Of a stretch of 64,000 bases of DNA, positions 12,486-26,589 are shown piece after piece; the first letter of the stretch is position 1, and the number at the start of each line of letters is the position of its first letter. A program made the translations under genes and the position numbers. The DNA is from Octopus vulgaris. Taxonomy: Eukaryota. Under the pieces are notes generated by a model. The model made no database searches. It was not told where the DNA came from and was given only the letters and a program-made list of their open reading frames with translations. The stretch lies in contig OX597814.1 in NCBI GenBank assembly GCA_951406725.2, forward strand, positions 43,772,001-43,836,000. Reading direction: 5' to 3'.

Positions 12486-13404
12486 CTTTGTTTTCTTCTC
12501 TTCTTATTTGTGTCTCTCCTTACTAACCGTCAGCCATTTTGTATTTTTATTGTATCTCTTCATACGCATGATTATATCTCTATGTGCGTCTATGTTTATT
12601 TAGTTTGTGTATGTGGGGGAATGCTGCAATATTTGTATCTTCTGTTTATATACGTTCATATAATGTTTTTGTTGTTGTTGTTTTTGTTTATTCTTATTTT
12701 CTTCATGTGTTTACATCCACTTATTATTATCATTACATATGCTTGTATGTATGTATGTATGTATAACAACAATACTAGTAATAATAATAATAAATAAATA
12801 AACAAATCTTTTAAATTAAACAAAAAAACTTATATAGTTATTTATTTCTATTTGTTTATTTATCTGTGTATTTTATTTATTATGGTTTCGGTTTTGTTTA
12901 TATTGTAACCAGTTTATTATATATATAAACAATTTTATATTTTATCATAATTTTTTGTGGAGGGAATCAACACCAAAGAGAAACGATCCCGTTATTGTGC
13001 TTTCTAATGTAATTTGTTCATATAATATTTTTGCCTATTTCGTAATTTTATATTAGTTATTTTATTTCATTGTTTAAAAGAGATGATAGTATATATTTCA
13101 TGAAGTACATACAGCGAGACATTTTTTCATCACAAAGTATGTAATGTTACAGAAAGTAAGGGTCAATAGTTTGGATGTGTTGCACTTTCAACATTCTCTT
13201 GTTTTGCCGCTGGTGGCTCCTTAACGGAAATATTTATGGTGGAAGTCATTTCAGTTTGACATCACATTTGTGGATATTAAGCTGCTAATTCTTGCGTGTG
13301 AAGCATGCACGTAGATTATTATTGTTTTAGGGGTGAGGTGCATATCTCTTCCTCCATCTCTCTCTCTATCTCTGTATATATATCGATGCAGCATGTCTAA
13401 TTGC

Positions 13405-13555
13405 AAGAGCGACTGTGTGGTAAGTAGATTGCTGACAACCACATGGTTTTGAGGTCAGTCCCACTGTGTGGAACCTTGGGCAAGTGTCTTCTACTATAGC
13501 GTCGGATCGACCAAAGCCTTGTGAGTGGATTTGGTAGACGGAAACTGAAAGAAGT
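13405..13555 (+). mobile_element. SINE family A, 5' half
   Basis: gactgtgtggtaagtag...accttgggcaagtgtcttctactatag...ggaaactgaaagaag, ending in the TA tract. Confidence 0.85.
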
Positions 13556-14276
13556 ATATATATATACAACTAAAAGTATTTAATATATATATATATATAT
13601 ATTCCAAGAAACTTAGAGGTTGTGAATCCAACCAACTAAGGGATAATATCTATTCAATATACTACTGGTAGAATACCCAATTATTAATACATAAGTATTT
13701 TCTATTGCGTGGCAATTATCCTACTGAATGTAATAAATGGGTGAAGGTAAAATTTTGTTTTACCCTTAATTTATACGGCAATAATAAAATGGGGGGTAGC
13801 AAGAGGTGGTCTTCATCGACTTTTAGACATCATGTCTATGTATTTATTTAAAAACACAATTATAACAATAAACATATATATATATATATATATATATATA
13901 GTGTAATAAATAAAATATATGCATACGTACATACATATATGTACGTACCTACATCTACATGTATATATACACGCATATATGAATATATAAATATATATAC
14001 GTGTGTACAGGACATACATATATATATATATATATAAAACATATTATGCTTTACATATATAAAAGTACCATTAATTATTTAATATATATATATATAAATA
14101 TAAATATTCTGCGTTATATATTTTAATAATTAATGGTACCTTTATATATTTAAAGTATAATATGTTATACATGTGTGTACATTGTTATAATTGTCTTTTT
14201 TTAATGAATAAAAAATAAATAAATAATATAATGTGTAAAATTTGATACTCTTGATATTCTCCATTTTCTTATTGTC

Positions 14277-14319
<43 letters not shown>

Positions 14320-14369
14320 TACAGAGAGAGATAGAGGAGGTGTGGTAGCAGTGGTTTTGTCGTTGTGTT

Positions 14370-15500
14370 CCCCATTAAGTATATTTTCTGTTTAGCAATA
14401 ACAACGTCTCACTCAATAGAACAGACATATCGGCCGCAAGGATGAGTGATCCGGGAGTTTAGACAAGATTTCGATACTAATTTAATTCGTCTTGCCACTA
14501 TGTTGATCTTTGGCACGCTGATATATTATCAACATGTGTTTCCTGTGATTATACTCACGCCATGTCTCATTTAGCCTCTAAGCGGAACTCCTGAAAGCCC
14601 CCACCCACCAATATATAAAGTGCTCTTGTTCTTACAATCATCCTCCATGCATTTGATACTGGAAACTTCTCTCTTACTCTTACGGTAAATTTTAGCATTA
14701 AGAATACGTACAATGAAGTTGTAATCAGTACATGCGGTCTTGTCGAAGCGCTGTTTTACATAATTGTGACCCTATGGGCATTACTTGTTTCTCTACGAGT
14801 TTATTGTTCAGTTTAGCATCATTTGGAACCTTACTCGACGTGTGGGCTATCTCCACATATGGAATCACCAATTGAAACTTATACATATTGAACCGTGGAT
14901 TTATTCTATTCGCTTTGTTTATTCTATTTGCTTTTCTGTAGTCTGTTCCAATGTTTACGCGGTGTCTAAAGTGGGTTTCATTGGTGTCCTTGTGATATCA
15001 TATTACTTCTTATCCTTCCTGAACACTCTGATCTTATCTCTCTGATTGTGTCAATACAACTTTATGTGGAGGACTTTATCCTCCACGTTCAGTTCTACTT
15101 GTAGTAATTCCAGTGTAATCTAAAGTTCTGTGCATGTTTTTTTTTTATTTCACAGCGTTTTGCACAAGAGGAATATATTGCTAATTGTCATAACTTATCC
15201 GGATATAATTATATTTTTACTTTACCTGGTGAGCATATTTGAAATTTATGTTTCATATAATAGGAGGCAGAGGCCACAATCAGTATTGTTTTTTTGTTGT
15301 TTTTTTTGACATCTTTAACCAAAGTTCAATATCAACGACAGGGAGTTTATTATTAGGGTGGTTAGTGGAATAGTCTATCGTTAAGTTCATACTCAGGTGG
15401 ATAAAAGTACCTATGATTTAGATGTTCTCCATCGTATACCTCTCAGCAATGATTGGTAGGTTTGCTTTGACAACGTTTAAGATATTCTGTTGACATGGGT
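14370..15500 (-). mobile_element. Highly degenerate Penelope-like element, possibly Naiad-type (RT thumb + GIY-YIG)
   Basis: Minus 15444-15313: ERYTMENI*IIGTFIHLSMNLTIDYSTNHPNNKLPVVDIELWLK. Minus ~14670-14610: VSSIKCMEDDCKNKSTLYIG (GIY-YIG-like). Confidence 0.55.
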
Positions 15501-15554
15501 TGTGTGTCACTATAAATGACATCACTTATTCCTGTTTTCCTCTTCTTTGTACGT

Positions 15555-15733
<179 letters not shown>

Positions 15734-16309
15734 ATAAATATATGTATGTATGTATGCATGTATATATGTATAGATATAGATATAGATATCTGAATGTGGC
15801 GATTCTTTGTTGTCGTGTGAATGACCGAGTGCATATTTATGTGCATTTCTATTAACATATATTCATAAATGTGATTAGCAGTGTATTAAATTTGAGATAT
15901 ATTATTAGAAAACACAATTAATCTAAAATTACTATTTTGAAATTGCCATACGACAAAAGGTATACATTAATTAAGAAGTAATATACTTTATAAAGCAATT
16001 AAAATAAATGAAAACAATCAATTTACTGGATGAATGGTTTTTGATAATAGAATATCATACGTGAATCAAGTTATATTGTTTTATCTTTTAAAAAGAAAAA
16101 AAAAACAGAATCAATGTGAACGACGGAAAATAATCTCAACTGCGGAGATTGAGGTGAGCTTTCGTGTTTGTTTATAAGAACTGAACTGAATATGCATTCT
16201 ATGATACGGCTGCAGTTAATCCTAACTATCTACATTTTATTTGCCCACATCAGACTTATAGCAGTAACCTGATCTGTGAAAATTATATGTACACAGATAT
16301 ACCGATGTA

Positions 16310-16440
16310 TACATATATGTATGTATGTGTGTGTATGTATGTATGTATGTATGTATGTATGTATGTATGTATGTATGTATGTACGTACGTACGTATGTAT
16401 GTATGTATATATGAATTATGTATTTATGTATGTATGTCAT
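16310..16440. repeat. (ATGT)n microsatellite (further tracts at 16546-16640 and 16915-17002)
   Basis: Direct reading. Confidence 0.9.
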
Positions 16441-16679
16441 TATTCAATCTAATTCAAGATTTCTTGCCAATAGAGAAAGTAGCAGTTTCTAACCTAGATC
16501 TAAGGCTTCTTCTTTGAATTTCGACATCAACAACAGGGTATTATTGTATGTATGTATGTATGTATGTATTTATGTATGTATGTATCTATGTATTATGTAT
16601 GTATGTATGCATGTATGTATGTGTGTATGTACGTATGCATGTGCAGATTTGTTTGTTTCATGTATGTACTCTCGTGCAT

Positions 16680-16792
16680 ATAGTTGCATATCTAGACACG
16701 GTCAAATATATTTAAATGAAAAACTTCTGCAAAGTTTTACAGATATTTACATTTCCATTGATAGATTGCATCTTCAGTCTTCGAATTAGCTT
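16680..16792 (-). mobile_element. 3' terminus of an RLE (R4/Dong-like) LINE
   Basis: Minus translation KLIRRLKMQSINGNVNICKTLQKFFI*, followed by a short UTR ending next to the microsatellite. Confidence 0.5.
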
Positions 16793-18170
16793 CCTCCTTA
16801 CTGGTTTTAAGAAGCCTAATTTCTCAAGATTGGTCTTCACTGGTACATTCTACCAGTATTCATTTTTATTATGAGTGGCTGACTTCTACTATACTGTGGG
16901 TTCTTATTTTTTTTGTATGTATATATGCATGTATGTATGTACGTATATATGTATGTATGTATGCATGTATGTATGTATTTATGTATGTATGTATATATGT
17001 ATGGAGTGTCAAAATGTTCGAAGCCTTAAAAAATTCATTTGTCACTGATGGAGAACTGAGAAAGTGCTTCAAGACTGGATTGATGCCATTTAGTCTCCTT
17101 GTATAAATTGGGGCCAAAGGCTCTGTGTGGTAATTTTCGCGGAATTTAGCTTTTGTCTGTAGTTGGAAAGGTACCCGCCCGCATTTTGTTAGTACGTTTA
17201 AATACATTTATAGTTCCAAATATAGTGTCTGAGTCTCAGTGTGGTTTTCGTTCCTCCAGGGGCTTATTGTATCTTTACTGTCAGACAATTACAAGTATAG
17301 TGCATTGAACAGAATCTTGCTCTATAACATTGATTCGTTGATTCGAGCAAAGCATTCGATACTGTTCACTGAAATGTTCTGTGGCTAATTCTAAGGAAAA
17401 TAGGTTGCCCAGAAAAATTTGTAAACATGGTCACTGCTGGTCCACTTGTGTTGGTGTGTTTACGCTCCCGTCACTTAGCGGTTTGGCGAAAAATACCCGT
17501 GGTATAAGTACCGAGTTTAAAACGATAAGTAATGTGGTCGATTCGTTCGACCTTAATCTAGTCACTGTAACAATTAAAAGGAGGTAAAATACTAAGATGA
17601 AAGAAACCAGCAATTCGAACAAACATACACAAAACCCTATTACACGGCTTCCCGTTTATAAGTATAGGCAACAGCCATTTGATATAAAGCATTACAAGGA
17701 GTTCAGAAATAACAGCTGCTTTCAGAAGATTATCCAACTAGTACCAGCTAATAGATACCTAAATATTTCATCACATGTCTAGATTGAGATAAAGAAACCA
17801 ATTCGCACGGAACATTTTCCAAAGTTGAACAATGAACATTTTCAAGAATCCTGTCTATTCCACCGAGAAGAGTGAATTCATCCTTTCTCAAGATGGATTC
17901 TAATGGATTTCATGTTTTCCGTGTCCAAACTCACTAAAATTTGATGCAATGGCACACAGATAAAAAAAAAAATTCATTTCCTATTGTCAGTAATTCTTGT
18001 TTCATTTCAATCACTACAATATGTGCATATCTTGGCACAAGACTTCTAAATTGTTTATAACAAAATATGTTCAGTTAAATGCGTTCGGTTAAGCATTTAA
18101 CTGAACACATATCTATATATTTATCTATCCGTCCATTTGTGTGGATATATATATATATATATATACAAAT

Positions 18171-18235
18171 GGCGGTGCCCCAGCATGGCCACAGCTCGTG
18201 AGCTGAAACTAGATAAAATATAATAGATAAAATAA
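18171..18235 (+). mobile_element. Isolated retroposon 3' tail related to the SINE A tail
   Basis: GGCGGTGCCCCAGCATGGCCA CAGCTC GT GAGCTG AAAC followed by an A-rich repeat; compare GGCGGTGCTCCAGCATGGCCG CAGTC AAAT GACTG AAAC at ~25372-25410. Confidence 0.7.
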
Positions 18236-18283
18236 ATATATATATATGTTAATATTTCGCTTAGGTACTGGTGTTAGAAGTCA

Positions 18284-18329
<46 letters not shown>

Positions 18330-18331
18330 TT

Positions 18332-18723
<392 letters not shown>

Positions 18724-21700
18724 TTCTGTGCGAAGCGTCAGTCGAGTACACTGCGGTAATAGTAAATTGGGATGACAAAGGAATAAGAATTTTTATAAAT
18801 TTCATTACTTTGCATCAGTTTGTCAGTGCTCTTTTTCTCCCCCTCACTCTCTCTCTCCCACCTCTCTCTTTTCTCTCACTCTCTCTTACTCTCTCTAGCT
18901 CGCTTACTTTGCTCTAAAATCGCGCTCCCTTGCTTATATTACTGGCATTTCTCTGCGAGTTCTTACGTATGTAATTCTTCAAATTTCCTTCTCTTTGATG
19001 TTTATTCATATATCTTTCATATGTATCTTTTTCGCATTCCATATTGTGTCATGAAAACAATTCTAACCCCGACAACGCTGAACTATGCTGCGCACAATGC
19101 ATTTTGTGTTATATATGGTCTGCATAATCCAAATATCAAATTCATAAGAAAGGAACAGTTTCTAAAGAAAATAAATGCTAATCTATTCATCTCAAACGGA
19201 CAGTAAATAAGTGAAACTTACTCTGTAACTAGGAGAAGATTATTTTCAAGCAGCAACCATAGAGAGATTGCAATGCCAGTGAAGATGTCTATATTTATGA
19301 ATATAGGCATTTCCAGTGGATACATGAAGAATGAAAGTGAAAGAAAAGGTGAAAAGTGAAAGTGAAAGAAAAAACGGATCTTTGCGAAGAATTTATTAAA
19401 TAATATTACAAACTTATATTAAATTTTTTGCTGAAGGAAACACTTTTATACGAACAGTATTCTTGAACTGTGATGGTAAAATGACAAAGGCCTCACATGC
19501 TCTGAAACATCGGTGTTATTTTATACATCACGAGCAACGAACAAGCAGTTTTTAGCGGAGGCACAAAATTGTTTTGCACATTGAACACTCGCGATACTGA
19601 TTTTTTTCATGACAACAAAATACTCTTTAATAAACATATGTTATTTTCTTTATTGCATTCTTGATTCTTTTCTTTCCCTTTTCATTATATATGAATGCAT
19701 GCACACGATATGCTGTCACAGTCTTATGAATCACTTGCATTGAAAACATGCACATATCATTATACACAATTATGGGTGCCTGTGATAAGCGTTTAATCCA
19801 GATGTAACATTTATATGTCGAGATTCATCCTCATATTTTTCTACGTTTTATTGTAAATTCACCTGCGTTGATTTTTGTCTTGTCTTAAGACATCTCCCGT
19901 TCAGAATATATCAATGACATTCAAACATTGAATTACATTGAATAAAATGTCTTAATTTAATACAATGTATGAAATATTTCTCTTTTCTAATTGCAGTTGA
20001 GCAAATGTCACTTCCGTTGTGATAAATACGCTTTTAAAGGAGGAAGATTAATTCAGAAAGTGTTCTAAAAATGTTGTATACTAATATTATTTAACCAACA
20101 ATTAATAGAGACGGATGCATTATTTACACCAAATGATAATGTTTATCTCCGACTTGACATGGGCGTTGTGTTAACACTGAATACTGTTATTCACTCTGAA
20201 GAAACAGCTCACAGAGACTTGTGATGCTTGAAAGTAATCGTGCTTATATCCCCGGCGGGCGATAATCGTCCTTCACTGACGCCGGAACTTCCAGATCATG
20301 TAATTTCGGCCTTCCTTGGCAAACGTTACACATTTAGGTAATACCTAAATGTAATTGTTATTGCTATTGAAGTTATTTCGCTTCTGCTACTATTTCTATT
20401 GCAAAGGATCAAGTAATTTATAAGTATTCTACATATAGAATGCATTACTAGCCTAGCTAAGACTAACTGATTATAGGCAACCCAAACGGTAGTGTGACAT
20501 TAACTAGTGTCGTGTCCAATGCTATTGATTTAAGTCCACTTAGATCTGTTCTATAGATATGCTCATGTTCCTGATAAATTATGCATGTTTACTCAATCAA
20601 ATGAATAGCTTTTCATCAAAAATCAAACGTGCATCTATATTAAAACGAAATGGTGATGTACCTGAATAGCAAGTACTATCGAACACTTAATTTTACGCTA
20701 ATTCAGTCAGTAGCATATTTCAGATACACAATTGCACTATTTTACGCTCGATACACGTTACTACGTTTGGAAATGATTTAAGGCGGCAAAAGCATAGTTT
20801 CTTGCATCTTAATGTATAATTTGGCTTAAGCAATAGAGAGTGATATTAACAATATATAAAGCAAGTTAATCAACATTTTGTTATCAATCTCATAAATTTC
20901 ATTATTCCTCTAGCGTGAAACAATGCAGTCCTCTGTACATAAAGGATAGAATGGAGCACTTTCCCCGGATATAATTCAATTTCTTCTAGTTTCTGATAAT
21001 TTATTTATTCACCGACGTTTTAACATGTCCCTAAATCCGCATTCTGTATTTACCAATTACTATTTCCAGAATTTCACAAAAGTTGTAACGGAATTAATTC
21101 CTACATTCTAAATACAAACTATACACGCAATTTAGTCATGCAAACGTTCTATATTTTTGGATTTTGTGGAACTTACCATACTATCCTACGAATGTTGAAA
21201 ATGCTAGTGTAAACAGTAACATCTGTAAATGGTATTTCTATTTGCGTTTTCTATAAAGTCTTTCCTCGTAACATTTTAACATTTTTACATCAAAGTTCAT
21301 CTGTTAATTGAGTACATAATGTTTGAATTCACTGCCTCCTTCAATAAATTACTATTGTCAACGTTAAAAGCATTGACTGAGATATTTTATATATCATTAA
21401 TTCTGAGACTGATTTAACATTTAATTGCAATGTCACATTGTTGTATCAAAGAATTCTCTATGGAGTGTGCTGGGATCCAATTCTAAATGCATATCGTTAA
21501 GTATTATGTTGTTAATGACGATAAAAACGTTACGTGCCAATTACATGGATTCTGTAGTGTATATGTGTCTTAAAAGAGGGTTGATATATTATGAGACATC
21601 AAACTTTAAATGATATTGATATGCGAAGGTGTTTCAACATCACGTTATCATATGAGAAGTGGTAGATAAACATCTTAAAATGGAATTCGTACATCTCATT

Positions 21701-23137
21701 TCAACTACGAAACAGCAAAGAAGGTAGTGTTAGATTACTGTGATACTTGTTTGTTTTACAAAGATTTGCTCCGTGCTGTTACTTTGCACTAGTTACACTT
21801 CTTAGGTATGCAGTTATCATTGACTATATTCTAATTGTTCTTCTAACAAAAACACACACAAATTATCTCTATCTCTTTCTCTTTCTCTCTATCTCTCTCT
21901 TTCTCTTTCTCTCTCCTTCTCTTTCCCTCTGTCTCACACACACACACACAAACACACAAAAACCTTAACCGCACAATATAGCCAGAATATTTTTAATGAG
22001 GTTTATATTTTCCTGAGATTTTTTGCTGTTATTTGGGTAAACATGTTCATTTCGTTCAAAGCATAGGTTCATTTTCTTTTTTTCTGTAACAATTTGTCGG
22101 GAAACACAGGGACATGAAACTGACATGCCTTACAATAACATATAGCATTGTTGACAGAGACCAGCCATATTTTATCAGGTAATAGAATTGTAGAATTCGA
22201 CTAAGAGAAAAATTTCAGTCGCCGAGGCTACCTGTGATGTCACACTATGCAATACTGCTAAGAACATATTATACTTTTCTGGAAATGTATAATATGAGTC
22301 GTCGTATAAAGCAAACTTCGAAATCTCTACATTGAAGAAGTAACATAGAATCACCACAATCGACAGCTGTTTACCTTAGAAAACATGCAAAATTCCGCCA
22401 CAAATGATTTGACAGAAAATCGCATTTAGATATCGGAATTCCAAGCACCAATCTCACGGAGTAATTGTTTCTGAAGACAATAGAACTGAGAGTAGAAATT
22501 GCTCTATAATGCACAATATTTCAGGAACAGTGGGTTTCAGGCATCAGCTTGTCTCAATCAATAGATTTTTTTTCTTTTAAAACTTCCCCGTTTGCTAACA
22601 TAATTTACTTTCCCTCCATTCTTTCTACTCAGGCCATCTTTAATGGAAAAAAAAATTCTACATACCTCTAAGCCCATAATGTTCCTCAATTCATACCGTC
22701 TATGATGTTTTACTATATGAAGTTATTCTTATATCTTATCTATTATAACTCTTGATCTACATTGATCAATATACCACATGTAAAGCCTCGTTTAATTGTA
22801 TTTAGATATCTATGTCGTTAAACAAGGTATAACAAGTGTTTACAAGACAAAACATACAAGGGGGATAACATCAGTAATATCAGCTATTTGAGTGTCTTAG
22901 TTGAAAGCAACGACACAGCAATGAGAAACGAATCTTTTCATTTTTATTAATGAAAGCAAGGACAAATTTCGGTCTTGCTCGGTGATGAAAAGAGATATTA
23001 AAGTATTTTCAGCATTTTATATTCAATCTTTAAGCAGTTTCACATACAGAGTAATCTCACATTCTCTCTTTCTTAGTTTAAAAACCATTACTTCTTTACT
23101 ATATGCCTTTTTCTCTATATCTCTCTCACTCATTAAA

Positions 23138-23370
23138 GTAGAAGGACGTGGCTTAATGGTTAGAGGGTTGATTATCAGATTGTGGTTTTGATTACTGGAC
23201 CGGACGACACATTGTTTTCTTGAACAAAACAACACTTCATTTCGCGTTGATCTAATCCAATGAGCTGAGAAAAATGAGCAATGCTGCGCGGACTCGATAT
23301 CCAGTCAACGCAGAGAATTTATACGCCACGGAAGCCAGGAAAGCGGCTCTTACGAGTCGAAATGACACTT
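23138..23370 (+). mobile_element. Old tRNA/CORE SINE
   Basis: gaaggacgtggcttaatggttag (A box)...ttcttgaacaaaacaacacttcatttcgcg (CORE-like). Confidence 0.6.
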
Positions 23371-24329
23371 TAGGTTAAGCTATCTTTTGTACCGATTCGC
23401 AACTTTGTAGCTCGTGCATATATGTCTTCCTAACATCACAAATTATATTCGAAATTATATTACTTTACCAGACAGATTTTAATATTCTATATTATAAAAT
23501 TTGACTGCCATTTATTTATAAATACACACGTAATTGTCTATATGTATGCATATATAATATCATAACCGCCATTCCTCACCAGTTCTATGTAGTATACTTT
23601 TGAAACTGTGTTAAATATGCCGCAGTTGAGTGAGAACATAGAAACACACATACCACTTAACTAAAAACAATATATATGTGTGTGTGTGTGTATGTGCATG
23701 TGTATGCATGTGTGTGTGTATACATATATCTATATTATAATGGAGAAAGCTGTTTTTTAATTATGTATATAACAATTACTAAAAATACTGAAAGAAAGCA
23801 ATATTAAAAGCTTGACCGTCTGGAAATATTTTTATAAATTCATGTACTTAGAGATTGCCTATAATTTCGATTTCTGAAGTTTTTTGAAGTTTTTTTAACT
23901 TCACATTCTCGCAAATTTAAATATTCATTGCATACACTGCGTCCAGTTCTTCATGAATTTAAATATTCATCGCATTCGCTACCGAATAGATTTTAATGCT
24001 TAATAATAAACACTCTTAATCCGTTGCAGGCAACATTTTATGTTTTACTTGCAACAGTTTCTCATTCATTCTCACTCGCCTCTATTTTCATTAATGATAA
24101 TTTAATAATATCTATATAACTTTGATACGAGACATAATTTAAAGAATATTATCAGATTTAGCGGCAAAGGCACGACGGCACAGAGAAAGAAGGGCAACTG
24201 AATCAGATGTAACTGAGGCAAAGCGAGTGAAACTGATGCCTGAATGTACACTGAGACGTAGACATGATTCTGTTTCCGCTACACATGACCAACTAGTTAG
24301 GATATCTCGAGAGGAGAATATTCTACTTC

Positions 24330-25181
24330 AAAATAATGGTGTCAGATCACAAATTGTTGATGCAACACTAAAGACATCATAACTGTGGAAGTAGTGGAGC
24401 TGACAACCAATCTAAGACTTCTTGCAGAAGGGCATACTGATGAAAGAGAGTTTGCTAACTACCTTCTTGATGTAGGAAATGGTAACATTTCTGTTGAACA
24501 AAGCGTCGGTGAATTCAAAATTAAACTACCCAAACATCTTTACCTTGAAAGTGGTACTTATTCAGTTCTATGAGATTTTGTATATAACTTCACAAACCCT
24601 GCGCGGCTTGAAAATAGAACCATTGCTATTCCAAAAAATGAAGCAGCAGAATTTGTGAATGATTTTCTGTTGACCAGAATCCTTGGTGAGCTAAAGATAT
24701 ACAGAACCTCAGATGCAGTTGATAAGGAAACTGTACCTAATCGAGTTCATCCACAAACCTTCACCATCAGAGTTTTCTTCCAGACATTCCCAAATTGAAG
24801 AAATAATGCTGCATAATTCTTGAGAAATTTAGATGCTACTAATGGACATTACAATGGAACGCACTACATCATTGTCAGTTTATAGGATCATGTTACTGAG
24901 GGGGGGTTGCTTCTGGTCCTTAAACAGGTCCAACTCTGCTAATCCCAAGAATACCACATGTACCTCAAGAAAATGAATTTCCATTCACATTTACACGTAA
25001 ACAATTATAGGCGCAGGAGTGGCTGTGTGGTAAGTAGCTTGTTTACCAACCACATGGTTCCGGGTTCAGTCCCACTGCATGGCACCTTGGGCAAGTGTCT
25101 TCTACTATAGTCTCGGGCCGACCAAAGCCTTGTGAGTGGATTTGGTAGACGAAAACTGAAAGAAGCCTGTCGTATATATGC

Positions 25182-25216
<35 letters not shown>

Positions 25217-25630
25217 CGTTTGTGTGTCTGTCTTTGTTCCCCTAGCATTGCTTGACAACCGATGCTGGTGTGTTTATGTCTCCGTCAGCTAGCGGTTCGG
25301 CAAAAAGAGACCGATAGAATAAGCACTGGGCTTACAAAGAATAAGTCCCGGGGTCGAGTTGCTCGATTAAAGGCGGTGCTCCAGCATGGCCGCAGTCAAA
25401 TGACTGAAACAAGTAAAAGAGTAAAAGAGTAAATTGCCTAGACATGCAATAAGGCACAGAGACAGACTTTTGAACAAATTGTAATACAACTTCTGACAAA
25501 ATTCTTCTAACATGGTCAGCTATAAGTTGCATTACCTAGAGTTCGAAAGAAGGCTAATGTAAATATATTGGCTGAGAGAAATGGAAACAATATTATATGA
25601 CAATTGTATCTACAAGGAAATACTCCTTTA
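24330..25630 (+). pseudogene. Helitron RepHel helicase C-terminal relic, split by a SINE
   Basis: VELTTNLRL..REFANYLLDVGNG, IPKNEAAEFVN, LRNLDATNGHYNGT, LLIPRIPHVPQENEFPFTFTRKQ, CNKAQRQT, HGQL*VALPRVR, NCIYKEILL*. These are PIF1/Helitron helicase motifs with stops and frameshifts. Confidence 0.9.
25010..25433 (+). mobile_element. SINE family A, full length, inserted in the Helitron helicase
   Basis: Complete head, CORE-like block, microsatellite and (GTAAAAGA)n tail. Confidence 0.92.
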
Positions 25631-26158
25631 AAACAAAATATGCTTTTTAGCAAGTTTCGGTAAATAGAATTAACACGTAGATTATGTGTAAAGTAGCATA
25701 TATTTGTGTGGAATTAAATTATTTTATTAATAGCATATTTCAACGCATACCGAATGGATGATATCGTTATATTATATCATTTTAAATTTAGGTATATTTG
25801 ATAAATAAGGAAACGTCATTCCCATGTGTTCTCATAACACCAGGGTTGTGTGTCTGTGTGTGTATCGCTATATTGATCCATTTATCTATCTATCTATGCA
25901 CACCTATGTAAGTTCTACCAACTGTTACCTATAAATGTATATAACAGACTGATTCTAAAAAAACCGAGATTATGAGTGTGAGAAAATAATGAAAGCAATA
26001 TTTATTGAGTAGGTGAGCTCTATTATACAAAGAAATAATTAGACGTAAAATATAAAATATATTAGAATTGGGAAATATTATCGAGTGGCTAGAAGAAGAC
26101 CGCCCTGAAGGCGGTTTTTTCTGCTAGCATGTGTGTGAATGTGTGAGAGAGTGTGTGC

Positions 26159-26208
<50 letters not shown>

Positions 26209-26589
26209 GTCACTAAATGAGACTGAGGGTGCCAAGACATCTACATTGCTACAAATAAGTGTGAAAAGAACTTAAGTTCGCAAATGTATATACACATGTT
26301 GACAGACATTGTAACCACCCCATCACCGACGAAAGTATCGCTCAGTCTACACGTTTAGTCTCGCTAATTTCTGTAGTTTTCGCCAATGAGGAGTGCTCGC
26401 TCGTCAGGTGTTGGGCAATCCCGTCTGGCAGGATATATGTACTTATTGTAGAAATCTATGGATGATTTTTCGAATGCCAATACGTATACAAAAATTCAAT
26501 ACAAATTGCTTACTGCAATGTGATATCATGCAGAGCAGTTAAACTATTATTTCTTGCAAAATAGATAACTTTGCACCCTTAGTTATATT

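Larger units (their letters stand above)
23729..26127 (+). mobile_element. Internally deleted Helitron
   Basis: 5' a|TCTATATTATAA at 23729; PIF1-like helicase relic; 3' hairpin ACCGCC-ctgaa-GGCGGT (26099-26115) followed by CTAG (26124-26127). Confidence 0.8.

Noticed and set aside
26099-26120. Rho-independent terminator-like hairpin plus T run
   Set aside because: It is better explained as the Helitron 3' hairpin preceding CTAG in eukaryotic DNA.
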